A stretch of DNA of 64,000 nucleotides, from NCBI GenBank assembly GCA_039964305.1, contig JBDVXS010000142.1, positions 89,666 to 153,665 of the forward strand. Reading direction: 5' to 3'. The stretch comes from Hyphomicrobiales bacterium. GTDB lineage: Bacteria > Pseudomonadota > Alphaproteobacteria > Rhizobiales > JACESI01. Below, piece by piece: positions 38,300 to 48,878 of this stretch. A model generated the notes under the pieces. That model made no database searches, was not told where the DNA came from, and was given only the letters and a program-made list of their open reading frames with translations. How positions within the stretch are numbered: position 1 is the stretch's first letter; every line of letters starts with the position of its first letter. Made by a program: the position numbers and the translations under genes.

Positions 38300-39118
38300 A
38301 TGAGTCCGACGCGAATTTTAATTTTGGGAATTGGTTTTGTTGCTGCAATCGTTGCAGCAGTGCTAGCTGTTAACTTGACCTCTGGTGAACCGTCAACGGT
38401 TCGCAAAGTGGTGAAGGTGCCATCCATTAAAACAACTGATATTTTGGTTACAAAAAAGCGCCTTAAACGTGGCGACGCTGTAAAGTCTCAAGATCTAGTT
38501 TGGGCGAAATGGCCAAGTGGTAGTGTCACTGACCGCCACATCACGAAGAGCAAAAAGCCAGAGGCGATCAAAGAATATGACGGTACGCGTGTTCGTATTG
38601 GCATGGAAAAAGGCGACCCTGCGCATCCTAGCAAGTTCATCGGAAAAGGTAATGGCTTTTTAGCATCGGTGCTTACAAAAGGCATGCGCGCTGTTTCAAC
38701 CAAGGTTTCACCTGGCACGGCAGCAGGCGGCTTTATTCTTCCAGATGACCGCGTCGATTTGATGATGACAAGAACTATCGGCAGCGATGATGAAACGGAA
38801 ATTAAGACAGAACCTGTTCTTACGAACGTTCGCGTCCTCGCAATTGACCAGATTGTACAAGAAAAAGACGGGCAATCTGTTGTTGTTGGTAAAACTGCAA
38901 CGCTTGAGCTGAATGATGAACAAGTGAGAATTTTGACGGTGGCTCAACAAGTTGCCGACCGCATGACGCTTGCGTTGAGAAGCTTGAGCGATGCATCCGA
39001 GAAGCCAAAATCGCCAGCAATTTATTTAATTGGACGTGACGAAAACGGCAAAAAATTAGAAAAAAGTACTGTTTCCATTGTGCGCTATGGCGCGCGTCAA
39101 GAAGTGAAAGCAAAGTAG
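38300..39118 (+). CDS. cpaB: Flp pilus assembly protein CpaB/RcpC
   Basis: 272 aa with an N-terminal anchor and a SAF-like domain. Its position in the locus also fits. Confidence 0.85.
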   Translation: MSPTRILILGIGFVAAIVAAVLAVNLTSGEPSTVRKVVKVPSIKTTDILVTKKRLKRGDAVKSQDLVWAKWPSGSVTDRHITKSKKPEAIKEYDGTRVRIGMEKGDPAHPSKFIGKGNGFLASVLTKGMRAVSTKVSPGTAAGGFILPDDRVDLMMTRTIGSDDETEIKTEPVLTNVRVLAIDQIVQEKDGQSVVVGKTATLELNDEQVRILTVAQQVADRMTLALRSLSDASEKPKSPAIYLIGRDENGKKLEKSTVSIVRYGARQEVKAK

Positions 39119-39129
39119 AGGAAATCATT

Positions 39130-40677
39130 GTGATTAAAGTAAGAAACTCATTTCACCCTTTGGCTGCGCTCCACCGCTTTACGCGATCAGCCATCTTGCC
39201 TTTGCTAACTGCGGCTGTCGTTTTGACAGGTTCGCAAACGGGTGTAAGCGCTGCAGATAATGGCCTTCAGGTTATTAAAGCAGGTGCCGTTGGTGCGACT
39301 AAAACCGTATCACTCGGATTGAATAAGTCGGTTGTTGTTGAACTGCCTCGGGATGTGCGCGATGTTCTCGTCGCTAATCCAGAAGTTGCTGATGCGATTG
39401 TTAGAACGGCTCGGAAAATTTTTCTGATCGGTAATCAGGTCGGGCAAACCAACATTTTCATGTTCGATAAGGCTGGCAACACAGTTCTTAGTCTAAACTT
39501 GGCTATTGAGCGTGATGTTTTGCCATTAGCAGATCTCATTGAAAAATATGTACCAGGTTCCAACGTCAAAGTAGAAATCGTAAACGATAACGTTGTGCTT
39601 ACAGGTTCTGTACCAAATCCAATTGCAGCACGTCGTGTTGCCGATTTGGCGCAAGCATTTGTAACGGGCGGTGAAGCGACAACTGGCCAGTTCACTCAAA
39701 CAGCAACCAGTGGAACAAATGGCGGCGATTCAGCGATCTCCAACCCAGATGGTCTTGGCCGTCAAACCTCTCAGGTTATCAACCTTTTGAAAATTGAAGG
39801 CGCCGATCAAGTCCATCTGAAAGTGGTTGTGGCAGAGATCAGACGGAGTGTTCTAAAACAACTTGGTATCAGTCTTTCTGCCTTTCAAAATGGTGCTCAA
39901 CCCTTCAGCTTTTCTCGTACAGCGGTTGCGGGAGCGACTGGCGCTTTCCAAGCTGGTGGCCTTGCAGGGTCTGTAGCAAGAACTTTTGGCGATACTGACT
40001 TTTCATCAGCTGTCCAAGCCTTAGAACGTGCAAATGTTCTGCGGACCTTAGCGGAGCCGACACTAACCGCGCAATCAGGTCGTGAAGCAACGTTTCTTGC
40101 TGGCGGTGAAGTGAATATCCCAACCTCGTCTAGCTTTGATGACAATGGAAACCTTGCAATTGAAACAACGGCACGGACCGTGGGTGTTTCCCTCGCTTTC
40201 ACGCCTGTTGTGCAATCAGCAGAACGCATTAGCATTTCATTGAATACAGAAGTCAGCGCAATTGACCCAACGCAAGCCGATGCAGGCGCTGGAGGGGTTA
40301 CTTTCCCTGGTGTTTCAGTTCGCCGAGCTTCGACAACAATCGAATTGCCATCGGGCGGTACGATGATTGTTGGTGGTCTTTTGAAAGATGATCTTCGTCG
40401 TACTTCAAGTGGCTTACCTTACCTAAAGAACTTGCCAGTGCTTGGTCCTTTGTTTGGTAGTTCAGGTTTTGCTCGCAATGAGACTGAGTTGGTGATCATG
40501 GCAACACCTTATCTTGTTCGTCCAACGGCACGCAAAAACCTTACTCGTCCAGACAAGAATTTCGCATCACCAGCAGATTCAGGAACCTTCTTGTTCAATC
40601 AGATCAATCGCATCTATGGCGGGAAGAGCGGGACTAACGGAAAATATCACGGACGTGTTGGCTTTATATTCGACTAA
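39130..40677 (+). CDS. cpaC: Flp pilus secretin CpaC/RcpA
   Basis: 515 aa with a GTG start, a signal peptide and a C-terminal secretin domain (GLPYLKNLPVLGPLFGS). Confidence 0.9.
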   Translation: MIKVRNSFHPLAALHRFTRSAILPLLTAAVVLTGSQTGVSAADNGLQVIKAGAVGATKTVSLGLNKSVVVELPRDVRDVLVANPEVADAIVRTARKIFLIGNQVGQTNIFMFDKAGNTVLSLNLAIERDVLPLADLIEKYVPGSNVKVEIVNDNVVLTGSVPNPIAARRVADLAQAFVTGGEATTGQFTQTATSGTNGGDSAISNPDGLGRQTSQVINLLKIEGADQVHLKVVVAEIRRSVLKQLGISLSAFQNGAQPFSFSRTAVAGATGAFQAGGLAGSVARTFGDTDFSSAVQALERANVLRTLAEPTLTAQSGREATFLAGGEVNIPTSSSFDDNGNLAIETTARTVGVSLAFTPVVQSAERISISLNTEVSAIDPTQADAGAGGVTFPGVSVRRASTTIELPSGGTMIVGGLLKDDLRRTSSGLPYLKNLPVLGPLFGSSGFARNETELVIMATPYLVRPTARKNLTRPDKNFASPADSGTFLFNQINRIYGGKSGTNGKYHGRVGFIFD

Positions 40678-40740
40678 GCAACTAGGCCGACCACAATACA
40701 AACGCATATCCAGACGGCGCAACGCGCAAAGGAAAAGAAC

Positions 40741-41490
40741 ATGAGTGACACTCGTAAAATTATAGCAGATGAGACAAAGGCAAAAAGCCATCCTTCTGCA
40801 GTATCGTCCTCTAAGAGACCACAGTCCGTTAACTTTGCATTGGCAGCATTGGCAGGTGTAGCACTTGCTGGTTGTGCTGTGAAACCTGAGGCTGGCCTTA
40901 ATGTTGCGCCATCTTCGTATCAAACACGGCATCCAATTGTGGTTGATACTTCGCCAACTAATTTGGATCTTCCCGCTGGCGACCAAAAAACCCATTTCAC
41001 CCGAGGGATGAAGAGTGCCATTACTGGATTTGCACTTGCCTACCGTCGTTCTGGTGCGAGTGGCATTGATGTTTTGGTTCCTTCTGGCTCATCTAACGAA
41101 GCCGCTGCAAGCCATATCGGCGGCCACGCGCGCGCCGCTTTGAAGCAGGCTGGTGTACCAAGTTCCCACATTAGAACACGCACTTACAGAGCTGTAAGTG
41201 CACAGCACCCAGGGCACGTTCGTCTGACATATTCGGGCGTCAAAGCACGGGTAGCTAGCGAATGTGGTGTTTGGCCAACAGACATTGGTACTGGATTTGA
41301 AAATAAGAATTATGAAAACTTTGGGTGTGCAACCCAGAGTAACTTGGCTGCCATTATTGCCGATCCAAATGACTTGATTGCACCGCGCGGACCGGGTGAA
41401 GTTAACCCAGAACGCACAGATGTTGTGATTAGTGACTTTGAAGCAAACACAGCACCGCCAGCGCCTTCTATCAGCACGACCTCATTCTAG
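40741..41490 (+). CDS. cpaD: pilus assembly lipoprotein CpaD
   Basis: 249 aa with the lipobox LAGC and a CpaD-like C-terminus (CGVWPTD, GCATQSNLAA). Confidence 0.8.
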   Translation: MSDTRKIIADETKAKSHPSAVSSSKRPQSVNFALAALAGVALAGCAVKPEAGLNVAPSSYQTRHPIVVDTSPTNLDLPAGDQKTHFTRGMKSAITGFALAYRRSGASGIDVLVPSGSSNEAAASHIGGHARAALKQAGVPSSHIRTRTYRAVSAQHPGHVRLTYSGVKARVASECGVWPTDIGTGFENKNYENFGCATQSNLAAIIADPNDLIAPRGPGEVNPERTDVVISDFEANTAPPAPSISTTSF

Positions 41491-41501
41491 GAGTTTGGGA
41501 A

Positions 41502-42737
41502 ATGGATAATACCAATACAGACATTCGCCCAATTCCTCGCATTTCGCTTCAGGCGTTTTGCGAAAGTGATCGGGTTTTATCGGCACTGAATGACTTTGCA
41601 GAAGACCGCCGAATGTCCCGTGCCCACGTGAAAATTCACAATGGTGGCACGCGTGCTGCGATCGAATTTTATGAAAGCGCACCAACGCCAAATGTGATTG
41701 TTGTGGAAAGCACAATGGTTGGAGAGGAGTTGATTAATGAACTCAACCTTCTTGCAAATGTTTGTGACGCAGACACACGCGTGATTGTCATTGGCCAAAA
41801 AAATGATGTTGAATTATATCGTCAGCTCATTCGTTTTGGCGTGTCAGAATATATGGTAGCGCCGATTGCGCCTATGGATTTGATGGCAACTGTTGGTGAG
41901 ATGTTTGTTGCGCCAGATGCCGACCCACTTGGGCGTACGATCGCCTTCATTGGTTCCAAAGGCGGCACGGGTTCTTCGACTATTGCGCAAAATATGGCTT
42001 GGTCGATTTCAGAGCTATTTGAAAACGAAGTCATCATCGGTGATTTTGATTTGGCTGGCGGTACAGTTGGGTTGAATTTCAACCAAGACCCAACGCAGGG
42101 TATCGCGGAGGCTCTTTTTTCCAGCGAGAAGTTGGATGAAGTTTATCTCGATCGTTTGCTCGCAAAATGCACAGATCATCTCAATTTGTTGACAGCTCCT
42201 GCAGCGCTTGATCGCATATATGAATTTGGAAGCACAGAAGTGGACCGTCTTGTCGAGCTTGCTCAAAAGTCTGTTCCATTTTTCGTTGCCGATCTGCCGT
42301 ATCAATGGAGCGACTGGATTGAAAATACACTGGTAACAGCGGATGAAGTCGTCATCACAGCAACGCCTGATCTTGCCGGTCTTCGCAACACAAAGAACCT
42401 CTTTGACTTACTGGTTCAAAAACGTGCAAACGACCCAAAACCACATATCGTTTTGAACCAGGTTGGTCGAAGTAAAGAAACAGAAATCAAAGTGGCTGCT
42501 TTTGAAGATGCGCTTGATTCTGAGGTTGCATTGTCTGTTCCTTTTGATCCAAATCTGTTCGGTATGGCCATGAATAATGGTCAAATGATTGGTGAAAGCA
42601 ACGCTAAGTCTCCAATAGTGCAGCAGTTTAAATCAATGGCAGCAAGCCTTACTGGGCGTGTTGAAATGAAAATGACTGACCGTAAAAAACCAATCCTCCC
42701 ATTCCTTGATAAGTTGCGTCCAAAGAAAGCATCTTAG
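41502..42737 (+). CDS. cpaE: pilus assembly ATPase CpaE/TadZ (pseudo-receiver + MinD/ParA-like)
   Basis: 411 aa with the deviant Walker A GSKGGTGSST. Confidence 0.88.
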   Translation: MDNTNTDIRPIPRISLQAFCESDRVLSALNDFAEDRRMSRAHVKIHNGGTRAAIEFYESAPTPNVIVVESTMVGEELINELNLLANVCDADTRVIVIGQKNDVELYRQLIRFGVSEYMVAPIAPMDLMATVGEMFVAPDADPLGRTIAFIGSKGGTGSSTIAQNMAWSISELFENEVIIGDFDLAGGTVGLNFNQDPTQGIAEALFSSEKLDEVYLDRLLAKCTDHLNLLTAPAALDRIYEFGSTEVDRLVELAQKSVPFFVADLPYQWSDWIENTLVTADEVVITATPDLAGLRNTKNLFDLLVQKRANDPKPHIVLNQVGRSKETEIKVAAFEDALDSEVALSVPFDPNLFGMAMNNGQMIGESNAKSPIVQQFKSMAASLTGRVEMKMTDRKKPILPFLDKLRPKKAS

Positions 42738-42775
42738 TCGGTATATTAGAGTTTAAGTAGGGTAAAGGCATAGCA

Positions 42776-44245
42776 ATGTTTGGCAAACGTCCCACAGGTG
42801 GAATAGATGATCGAGGTTCTTCTGTACAAGAGGTTCCAACCCCAGCTCCTACCCAAGAAGTAGCAGTTGAAGCTCCTAAAATGGTGGAAGCATCTCCACC
42901 TATGAAAATTGAGCAACCAGCTCCCGTAAAACACGCGGAAGCTAGCGATCACAACGAAGAATATTATGACATTAAGACGTCTGTATTTGCGGCCCTGATC
43001 GACACAATCGATCTGTCGCAACTGGCATTGCTTGATCCGCAAACAGCGCGCGAAGAAATTCGTGATATTGTAAACGATATTATCGCTTTGAAAAATCTTG
43101 CATTGTCTATCTCAAAGCAAGAAAACTTGCTTGATGACATCTGTAACGATGTTCTTGGTTATGGTCCGCTTGAACCGCTTCTCGCTCGTGATGATATCGC
43201 TGATATCATGGTCAATGGCGCAAATACGACCTTCATTGAGGTTGACGGTAAGGTTCAAAAGACCGGCTTTAAATTCCGCGATAATTCGCAGTTGATGAAT
43301 ATTTGCCAACGTATTGTGAGCCAAGTTGGACGCCGCGTTGATGAAGCAAGCCCTATATGTGATGCGCGATTGCCTGATGGTTCTCGTGTGAACGTTATCG
43401 CACCGCCTCTGGCTCTTGATGGTGCATCGCTCACAATTCGTAAGTTTAAGAAAGACAAACTTACGCTCGATCAGCTGGAATCTTTCGGTTCTATTTCGCC
43501 AGAAGGCGCAGAGATCCTGAAGATTATTGGCCGTGTTCGCTGTAATGTGGTGATCTCTGGCGGTACTGGTTCTGGTAAAACAACACTACTTAACTGTTTG
43601 ACCCGCTATATTGATACCGATGAGCGTATTATTACTTGCGAAGATTCTGCGGAACTTCAGCTTCAGCAGCCGCATGTTGTGCGCCTTGAAACACGCCCAC
43701 CAAACCTTGAAGGCGAAGGCGAAATCACCATGCGTGATCTTGTCAAAAACTGTCTTCGGATGCGTCCAGAACGTATTATCGTTGGTGAGGTTCGTGGACC
43801 AGAAGTTTTCGATTTGCTTCAGGCAATGAATACCGGTCACGATGGCTCAATGGGTACAATTCACTCCAACTCTCCACGTGAGTGTCTTGCTCGTATGGAA
43901 GCGATGATCGCGATGGGCGGATACACCTTGCCAGCGCGAACTGTCCGTGAGATGATCTCAGGGTCTGTAGATATCGTTGTACAGGCATCACGACTGCGAG
44001 ATGGTTCGCGTCGAATTACCCACATCACCGAAGTTATCGGTATGGAGGGTGACATTATCACGACCCAAGATCTGTTCGTCTACGACATGCATGGCGAAGA
44101 TGCGAACGGAAAAATTATTGGTACGCACCGATCAACAGGTATCGGTCAACCACATTTCTGGGATCGTGCCCGCTACTACAATGAAGAAGAGCGACTTGGT
44201 CGCGCATTGGATGCATCAAATACCGAAGATGAGAACTCATTTTAA
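42776..44245 (+). CDS. cpaF: pilus assembly secretion ATPase CpaF/TadA
   Basis: 489 aa with Walker [10 protein letters not shown] and the Asp/His boxes of type II/IV secretion ATPases. Confidence 0.92.
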   Translation: MFGKRPTGGIDDRGSSVQEVPTPAPTQEVAVEAPKMVEASPPMKIEQPAPVKHAEASDHNEEYYDIKTSVFAALIDTIDLSQLALLDPQTAREEIRDIVNDIIALKNLALSISKQENLLDDICNDVLGYGPLEPLLARDDIADIMVNGANTTFIEVDGKVQKTGFKFRDNSQLMNICQRIVSQVGRRVDEASPICDARLPDGSRVNVIAPPLALDGASLTIRKFKKDKLTLDQLESFGSISPEGAEILKIIGRVRCNVVISGGTGSGKTTLLNCLTRYIDTDERIITCEDSAELQLQQPHVVRLETRPPNLEGEGEITMRDLVKNCLRMRPERIIVGEVRGPEVFDLLQAMNTGHDGSMGTIHSNSPRECLARMEAMIAMGGYTLPARTVREMISGSVDIVVQASRLRDGSRRITHITEVIGMEGDIITTQDLFVYDMHGEDANGKIIGTHRSTGIGQPHFWDRARYYNEEERLGRALDASNTEDENSF

Positions 44246-44319
44246 TAAATGAGTTCACACTAAACTAGTAAAGTTTCCCTACGATTTGGGGGAATGGTTG
44301 ATGAAGTGAGGATGTTGAT

Positions 44320-45321
44320 TTGTTTGGCTTGCCTATAAATGTAGTGATTATTGCAGTGCTTGTTGCCGTGTGTGCAATGTTGTTGGCTGTCGGCGTATTG
44401 CTTCCAAAACTTGATTCTGAAAAACGGACGGATACGCGGCTTAAGGGTATTAAAAGCGTTGGCTCTGGTAGAGCGGCGAAAATAACAGAACGTAACCGTC
44501 AAGGTGACGCAGCAAAGCGCCGCAAGAACGTTCAAGATACGCTTGATGAGATTGATCATAAATCCAATCGCAAACAAAAAGTGTCACTTGCGTTGCGCCT
44601 TCGTCGTGCTGGGTTGAAAATATCAAAAACAACCTTCATCATTTTATCGATTGTTAGTGGCTTCCTCTTAGCGCTTGTTGGGCTTATCTTTAAAGTCTCA
44701 CCACTCATGATCGGTTTACTTTTGATCGTTGGATTGTTTGGACTCCCACGTTTTGTGTTGTCATACCTTGCAAAGCGCCGTGTTGCGGCATTTGTGGATG
44801 AGCTTCCCGATGCCGTGGACATGGTTGTGCGCGGTATTAAAGCTGGCTTGCCTTTGAATGATGGATTGAAAATGGTGGCTAGCGAGGCAAAAGAGCCACT
44901 TGCTTCTGAATTTCGCAATGTTGTTGAAACACAGCAGCTTGGTGTCCCTATGGCGGATGCAATTCAAAAAATTAGTGAGAATATGCCAATTCCAGAAACT
45001 AACTTTCTGGCAACCGTTATTTCTATTCAACAAACATCTGGTGGTTCATTATCTGAAGCGCTTGGCAATCTTTCAAAAATCTTGCGTGAACGCAAGAAGA
45101 TGAAGGCGAAGGTTAAAGCGATCAGTTCCGAAGCGAAGGCATCGGCTGGTATCATTGGCTCTTTGCCAGTTATCGTATCGGTTATCATTTATATCGTTAG
45201 CCCAGATTACATCAGCCGTTTGTTTGAAAATTCAACAGGCCACCTCATCTTGGCCATTGGCGCTATGATGATGTTCACTGGCAGCATGGTCATGCGCAAA
45301 ATGATCAGTTTCGAAATTTGA
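44320..45321 (+). CDS. tadB: Flp pilus inner-membrane platform protein TadB
   Basis: 333 aa with a T2SS F-like domain. TTG start with GAGGA 8 nt upstream. Confidence 0.85.
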   Translation: MFGLPINVVIIAVLVAVCAMLLAVGVLLPKLDSEKRTDTRLKGIKSVGSGRAAKITERNRQGDAAKRRKNVQDTLDEIDHKSNRKQKVSLALRLRRAGLKISKTTFIILSIVSGFLLALVGLIFKVSPLMIGLLLIVGLFGLPRFVLSYLAKRRVAAFVDELPDAVDMVVRGIKAGLPLNDGLKMVASEAKEPLASEFRNVVETQQLGVPMADAIQKISENMPIPETNFLATVISIQQTSGGSLSEALGNLSKILRERKKMKAKVKAISSEAKASAGIIGSLPVIVSVIIYIVSPDYISRLFENSTGHLILAIGAMMMFTGSMVMRKMISFEI

Positions 45322-45342
45322 TGATCGTGGGATTGTAGGAAT

Positions 45343-46353
45343 ATGGCAGACTTCATTACAACAATTGCAGAAGGCCTAACCAACCCGCAGGCACTTATTG
45401 CCGTTGGTGCAGCTTTAGGTACCTTTGCAACAGTAGTTGCGTTAAGCAGACCGTTGTTTGCACGCGATCAATTGAAATCGCGTATGAAATCGGTCTCGCT
45501 GGAACGGCAACGGATCCGCGAGAGGGAACGTTCCCGCTTGGTCAATGGTAAAGACGAAAACGGTAATTCACTGCGTCAAGCTGATAGCAAGCGACAAACG
45601 GTGATGGGCAACATCGTCAAAAAGTTCAACTTGCGTACGGCGCTTGATGACGGCTCCCTTACAAACAAACTGGCAATGGCTGGTTACCGAGGTCCACGCC
45701 CAGCGACATTTTTTCTGTTTGCACGTTTCATTCTACCGTTTGCGTTTATGGTTGTTGCAGCGATTTATATTTTCAGTCTCGGCCTTTTACCTGAGCAATC
45801 GCTTACAATTCGTCTTGGGGTTTGTACCTGTATTGGCTATTTGGGCTTCGTGCTACCTAATATTATATTGAAAAATAAAACGGTTAAACGGCAGCAGTCC
45901 ATTCAAAGGGCTTTTCCAGATGCACTGGATCTTATGCTGATTTGTGTGGAATCAGGTATGTCTGTTGAGGCATCCTTTAAGCGTGTCGCTCAGGAGATCG
46001 GGTCACAATCTCCGCCTCTCGCTGAAGAGTTAGCGTTGACGACGGCAGAACTGTCTTTCCTTCAAGTGCGGACCAAAGCTTATGATAATCTTGCCTCACG
46101 TACAGGTCTTGATGGCGTTAAAGCTTGTACCTTGGCGCTTTCCCAGGCAGAAAAGTTTGGTACGCCTGTCGGTTCTGCATTGCGTGTTATGGCGCAAGAA
46201 AACCGCGATATGCGTATGAATAAGGCAGAAGAAAAAGCGGCCTCATTGCCGCCGAAACTAACTGTGCCAATGATCTTGTTTTTCTTGCCAGTTCTCTTCT
46301 TGATTATTATTTCGCCAGCCATCATGCAGCTTTATGAATCAGGCGTCTTCTAA
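45343..46353 (+). CDS. tadC: Flp pilus inner-membrane platform protein TadC
   Basis: 336 aa, a paralogue of the preceding gene. Confidence 0.85.
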   Translation: MADFITTIAEGLTNPQALIAVGAALGTFATVVALSRPLFARDQLKSRMKSVSLERQRIRERERSRLVNGKDENGNSLRQADSKRQTVMGNIVKKFNLRTALDDGSLTNKLAMAGYRGPRPATFFLFARFILPFAFMVVAAIYIFSLGLLPEQSLTIRLGVCTCIGYLGFVLPNIILKNKTVKRQQSIQRAFPDALDLMLICVESGMSVEASFKRVAQEIGSQSPPLAEELALTTAELSFLQVRTKAYDNLASRTGLDGVKACTLALSQAEKFGTPVGSALRVMAQENRDMRMNKAEEKAASLPPKLTVPMILFFLPVLFLIIISPAIMQLYESGVF

Positions 46354-46387
46354 GAAGCCTTGTCGAAATAAAACGACGCTTACAAAC

Positions 46388-46422
46388 AAAAAAATGCAGC
46401 GCCATGGCGCTGCATTTTTTTA
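46388..46422. terminator. bidirectional intrinsic terminator (tadC / tadD convergent)
   Basis: Perfect 22-bp palindrome ATGCAGCGCCATGGCGCTGCAT flanked by an A-run and a T-run. Confidence 0.9.
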
Positions 46423-46449
46423 TTCAGTTTTATCTCATTAAGTTGAGGC

Positions 46450-47268
46450 TTAGCTCTTTTTCTTATCTGCGTTTTTCAACTTGTCCCATGTGTTTTCTTG
46501 GGTCAAAAGCGAACGAAGATAAGCGATATTAGCGGCAGCTTGTTCTGGTGGTAGATCGGAACGAGCAATCTGTTCAGCCTCTTCAAAGCGGCCTTGAAGC
46601 CCAACAACTAACGATAGGTTTTGTCTGACGCGACCATCGGCCTTTGGCTGGTTCAATGCTTGGCGCAAATGTGTCTCGGCAGACTTAAGGTCGCCAGTCA
46701 AAACAAAGGACATGCCAAGATTGCTCAAGACGGATGGCTGGTTTTCCGAAATCGTAAGCGCATATTGATAGCGCTCTCTCGCATTTTGGTGATTGCCTGT
46801 TTGGTCCAGAATGGCACCTTCTGCAGAAATCAAACGCCAGTCTGGTAGGTCAGGGCGTTGTGCTGCTTGGATGACATTAAGGGCGCTTTGCAGATCACCT
46901 TCTGCTGCGAGTGCTTTGCCGTAAGCTGCCTGTACACCACTATCATTGGTGTGAATTGTCGAGGCTCGTCTTAGTACGGCGACGGCTTGTTGTGATTTAC
47001 CAGACCTGCGAAGGGCAGATGCAAAATTCAACGCCGCTGTGCGGTCTGATGGAGATTTTTCATATTTCTTACCCCAAAAATCGACAGCAGCAAGTGCGTC
47101 TTGATGGGTAACGGCCCGTACAGAGCTTCCAGAATTTGGAGTGCTTGAACAACCAGCAAGAACAATTGCAGTTGCAAGCGGCAGCCAAGCGACACCACGC
47201 AGGAGTGTTTTTCCTACAGGGTTCTTAGGCATTTTAAGACTTGAAATCGAACTCGCCATGATGACCAT
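46450..47268 (-). CDS. tadD: TPR-repeat lipoprotein TadD
   Basis: 272 aa with the lipobox LAGC and TPR repeats. The exact start (47268, 47259 or 47232) is uncertain. Confidence 0.8.
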   Translation of the reverse strand: MVIMASSISSLKMPKNPVGKTLLRGVAWLPLATAIVLAGCSSTPNSGSSVRAVTHQDALAAVDFWGKKYEKSPSDRTAALNFASALRRSGKSQQAVAVLRRASTIHTNDSGVQAAYGKALAAEGDLQSALNVIQAAQRPDLPDWRLISAEGAILDQTGNHQNARERYQYALTISENQPSVLSNLGMSFVLTGDLKSAETHLRQALNQPKADGRVRQNLSLVVGLQGRFEEAEQIARSDLPPEQAAANIAYLRSLLTQENTWDKLKNADKKKS

Positions 47269-47395
47269 CCGGATTTGAGCGCAAATTCAGTGCGCAATTA
47301 GGTTGTCTATTCGTAAAGCGTTAACCCTAATCATTGGTTAACATTGGTGGTTTCAACAGCTAAATTGATACAAGTGAGTCGTGTGATTTGAATGA

Positions 47396-48790
47396 TTGAG
47401 AATGGGATATCGGATGAGTGTTGAGCTAATTGCGGCGAGTGAAGCGGGCGCGTCAATTGAAATTAAGGTGCTGATGGCTGGGGATGGAGTGCTTGATGGG
47501 CTTAGTGGCGCGGATCAGGCTTGGGCTAAGAGTAGCGGCTTCAGTGCGAAGCCTGGCGAAGTTTGCTTGTTGCCTGACCAAGAAGGCGTTTTGAAAACAG
47601 TCTTGTTTGGTGCGCCGAAACAAGGTTCTGAAAGAAGCGAGCTTTCCTATGGTGTACTGGCTGCAAAACTTCCATCTGGTAGCTATCATTTTGAAGAAGC
47701 GCATAGAAACGAAACACTTGTTGCCCTTGCGCTTTGCCTTCATGGGTACGAATTTTCTCGTTACAAAGAAAACCGTGGTAGCAAAAAAATCAAACTCGTC
47801 GTTAAAGATGAGAAGGCATTAGAAGAAGCGCGTCGTTTGAGTGAAGCTCATAACCTTGCCCGCGACCTCATCAACACGCCTGCCAATGATATGGGGCCAC
47901 TTGAGCTTTCTAACGCGGTTAAATCGGTCGCAGATACCTATGGTGCTTCATTCAAAGAAACCGTGGGCGACAAACTTCTCGACGATAATTTCCCACTCAT
48001 CCATGCCGTGGGTCGAGCCAGTAGTCGTGAACCAAGATTGATTGATATGACATGGGGTGATGAAAGCCACCCCAAAGTGACATTGGTCGGCAAGGGCGTT
48101 ATTTTTGATACGGGCGGTTTGAACATTAAGACCGGCAACTTCATGACCTTGATGAAGAAGGATATGGGCGGCGCGGCAAATGTTTTGGCGCTCGCGAAAA
48201 TGGTCATGGATGCGAAATTGCCGGTGCGTTTGCGCTTGCTTATTCCAGCCGTTGAAAACGCTATTTCGGGCAATGCTTTTAGGCCAGGTGATATTCTACC
48301 ATCAAGGCTTGGCTTAAGTGTTGAAATTACCAATACAGATGCTGAGGGTCGGTTGGTTCTTGCAGATGCTTTGGCTTTAGCGGATGAAGAAGAGCCAGAC
48401 ATCTTAATTGATATGGCAACACTCACAGGCGCCGCTCGGGTTGCTCTTGGTCCCGATTTGCCACCGTTTTATACTCACGATGAGGCCTTTGCAGATGAGC
48501 TAAAAGTGCGGGCAAAAGACATGGCAGATCCACTTTGGCACATGCCGCTTTGGGCTCCTTACCAGTCCATGTTGGATACACCCATTGCGGATGTAAACCA
48601 TGCACCGGGTGGTGGCTTTGCAGGCTCAATTACGGCAGCACTTTTCTTGGAGCGGTTTGTCAAAAAAGCAGCGACATGGGCGCATTTTGATGTTTATGGC
48701 TGGACGCCAACGGCCAAACCTGCGCGGCCTAAAGGCGGTGAGGCGCAAGCCATTCGCGCCCTATACGACCTGCTCAAAGCGCGGTTTTAA
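47396..48790 (+). CDS. M17 leucyl aminopeptidase family protein
   Basis: Catalytic signature NTDAEGRLVLADAL. The start is uncertain: TTG 47396, ATG 47402 or ATG 47414. Confidence 0.85.
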   Translation: MRMGYRMSVELIAASEAGASIEIKVLMAGDGVLDGLSGADQAWAKSSGFSAKPGEVCLLPDQEGVLKTVLFGAPKQGSERSELSYGVLAAKLPSGSYHFEEAHRNETLVALALCLHGYEFSRYKENRGSKKIKLVVKDEKALEEARRLSEAHNLARDLINTPANDMGPLELSNAVKSVADTYGASFKETVGDKLLDDNFPLIHAVGRASSREPRLIDMTWGDESHPKVTLVGKGVIFDTGGLNIKTGNFMTLMKKDMGGAANVLALAKMVMDAKLPVRLRLLIPAVENAISGNAFRPGDILPSRLGLSVEITNTDAEGRLVLADALALADEEEPDILIDMATLTGAARVALGPDLPPFYTHDEAFADELKVRAKDMADPLWHMPLWAPYQSMLDTPIADVNHAPGGGFAGSITAALFLERFVKKAATWAHFDVYGWTPTAKPARPKGGEAQAIRALYDLLKARF

Positions 48791-48878
48791 CCCTGATTTG
48801 CAACGTTTCGCCTGCAATCTTGAAATGCTTCATGCCTCCGTTTAAATTAAAACGGTTCCGTAATGAAGAAGGGTTGTA

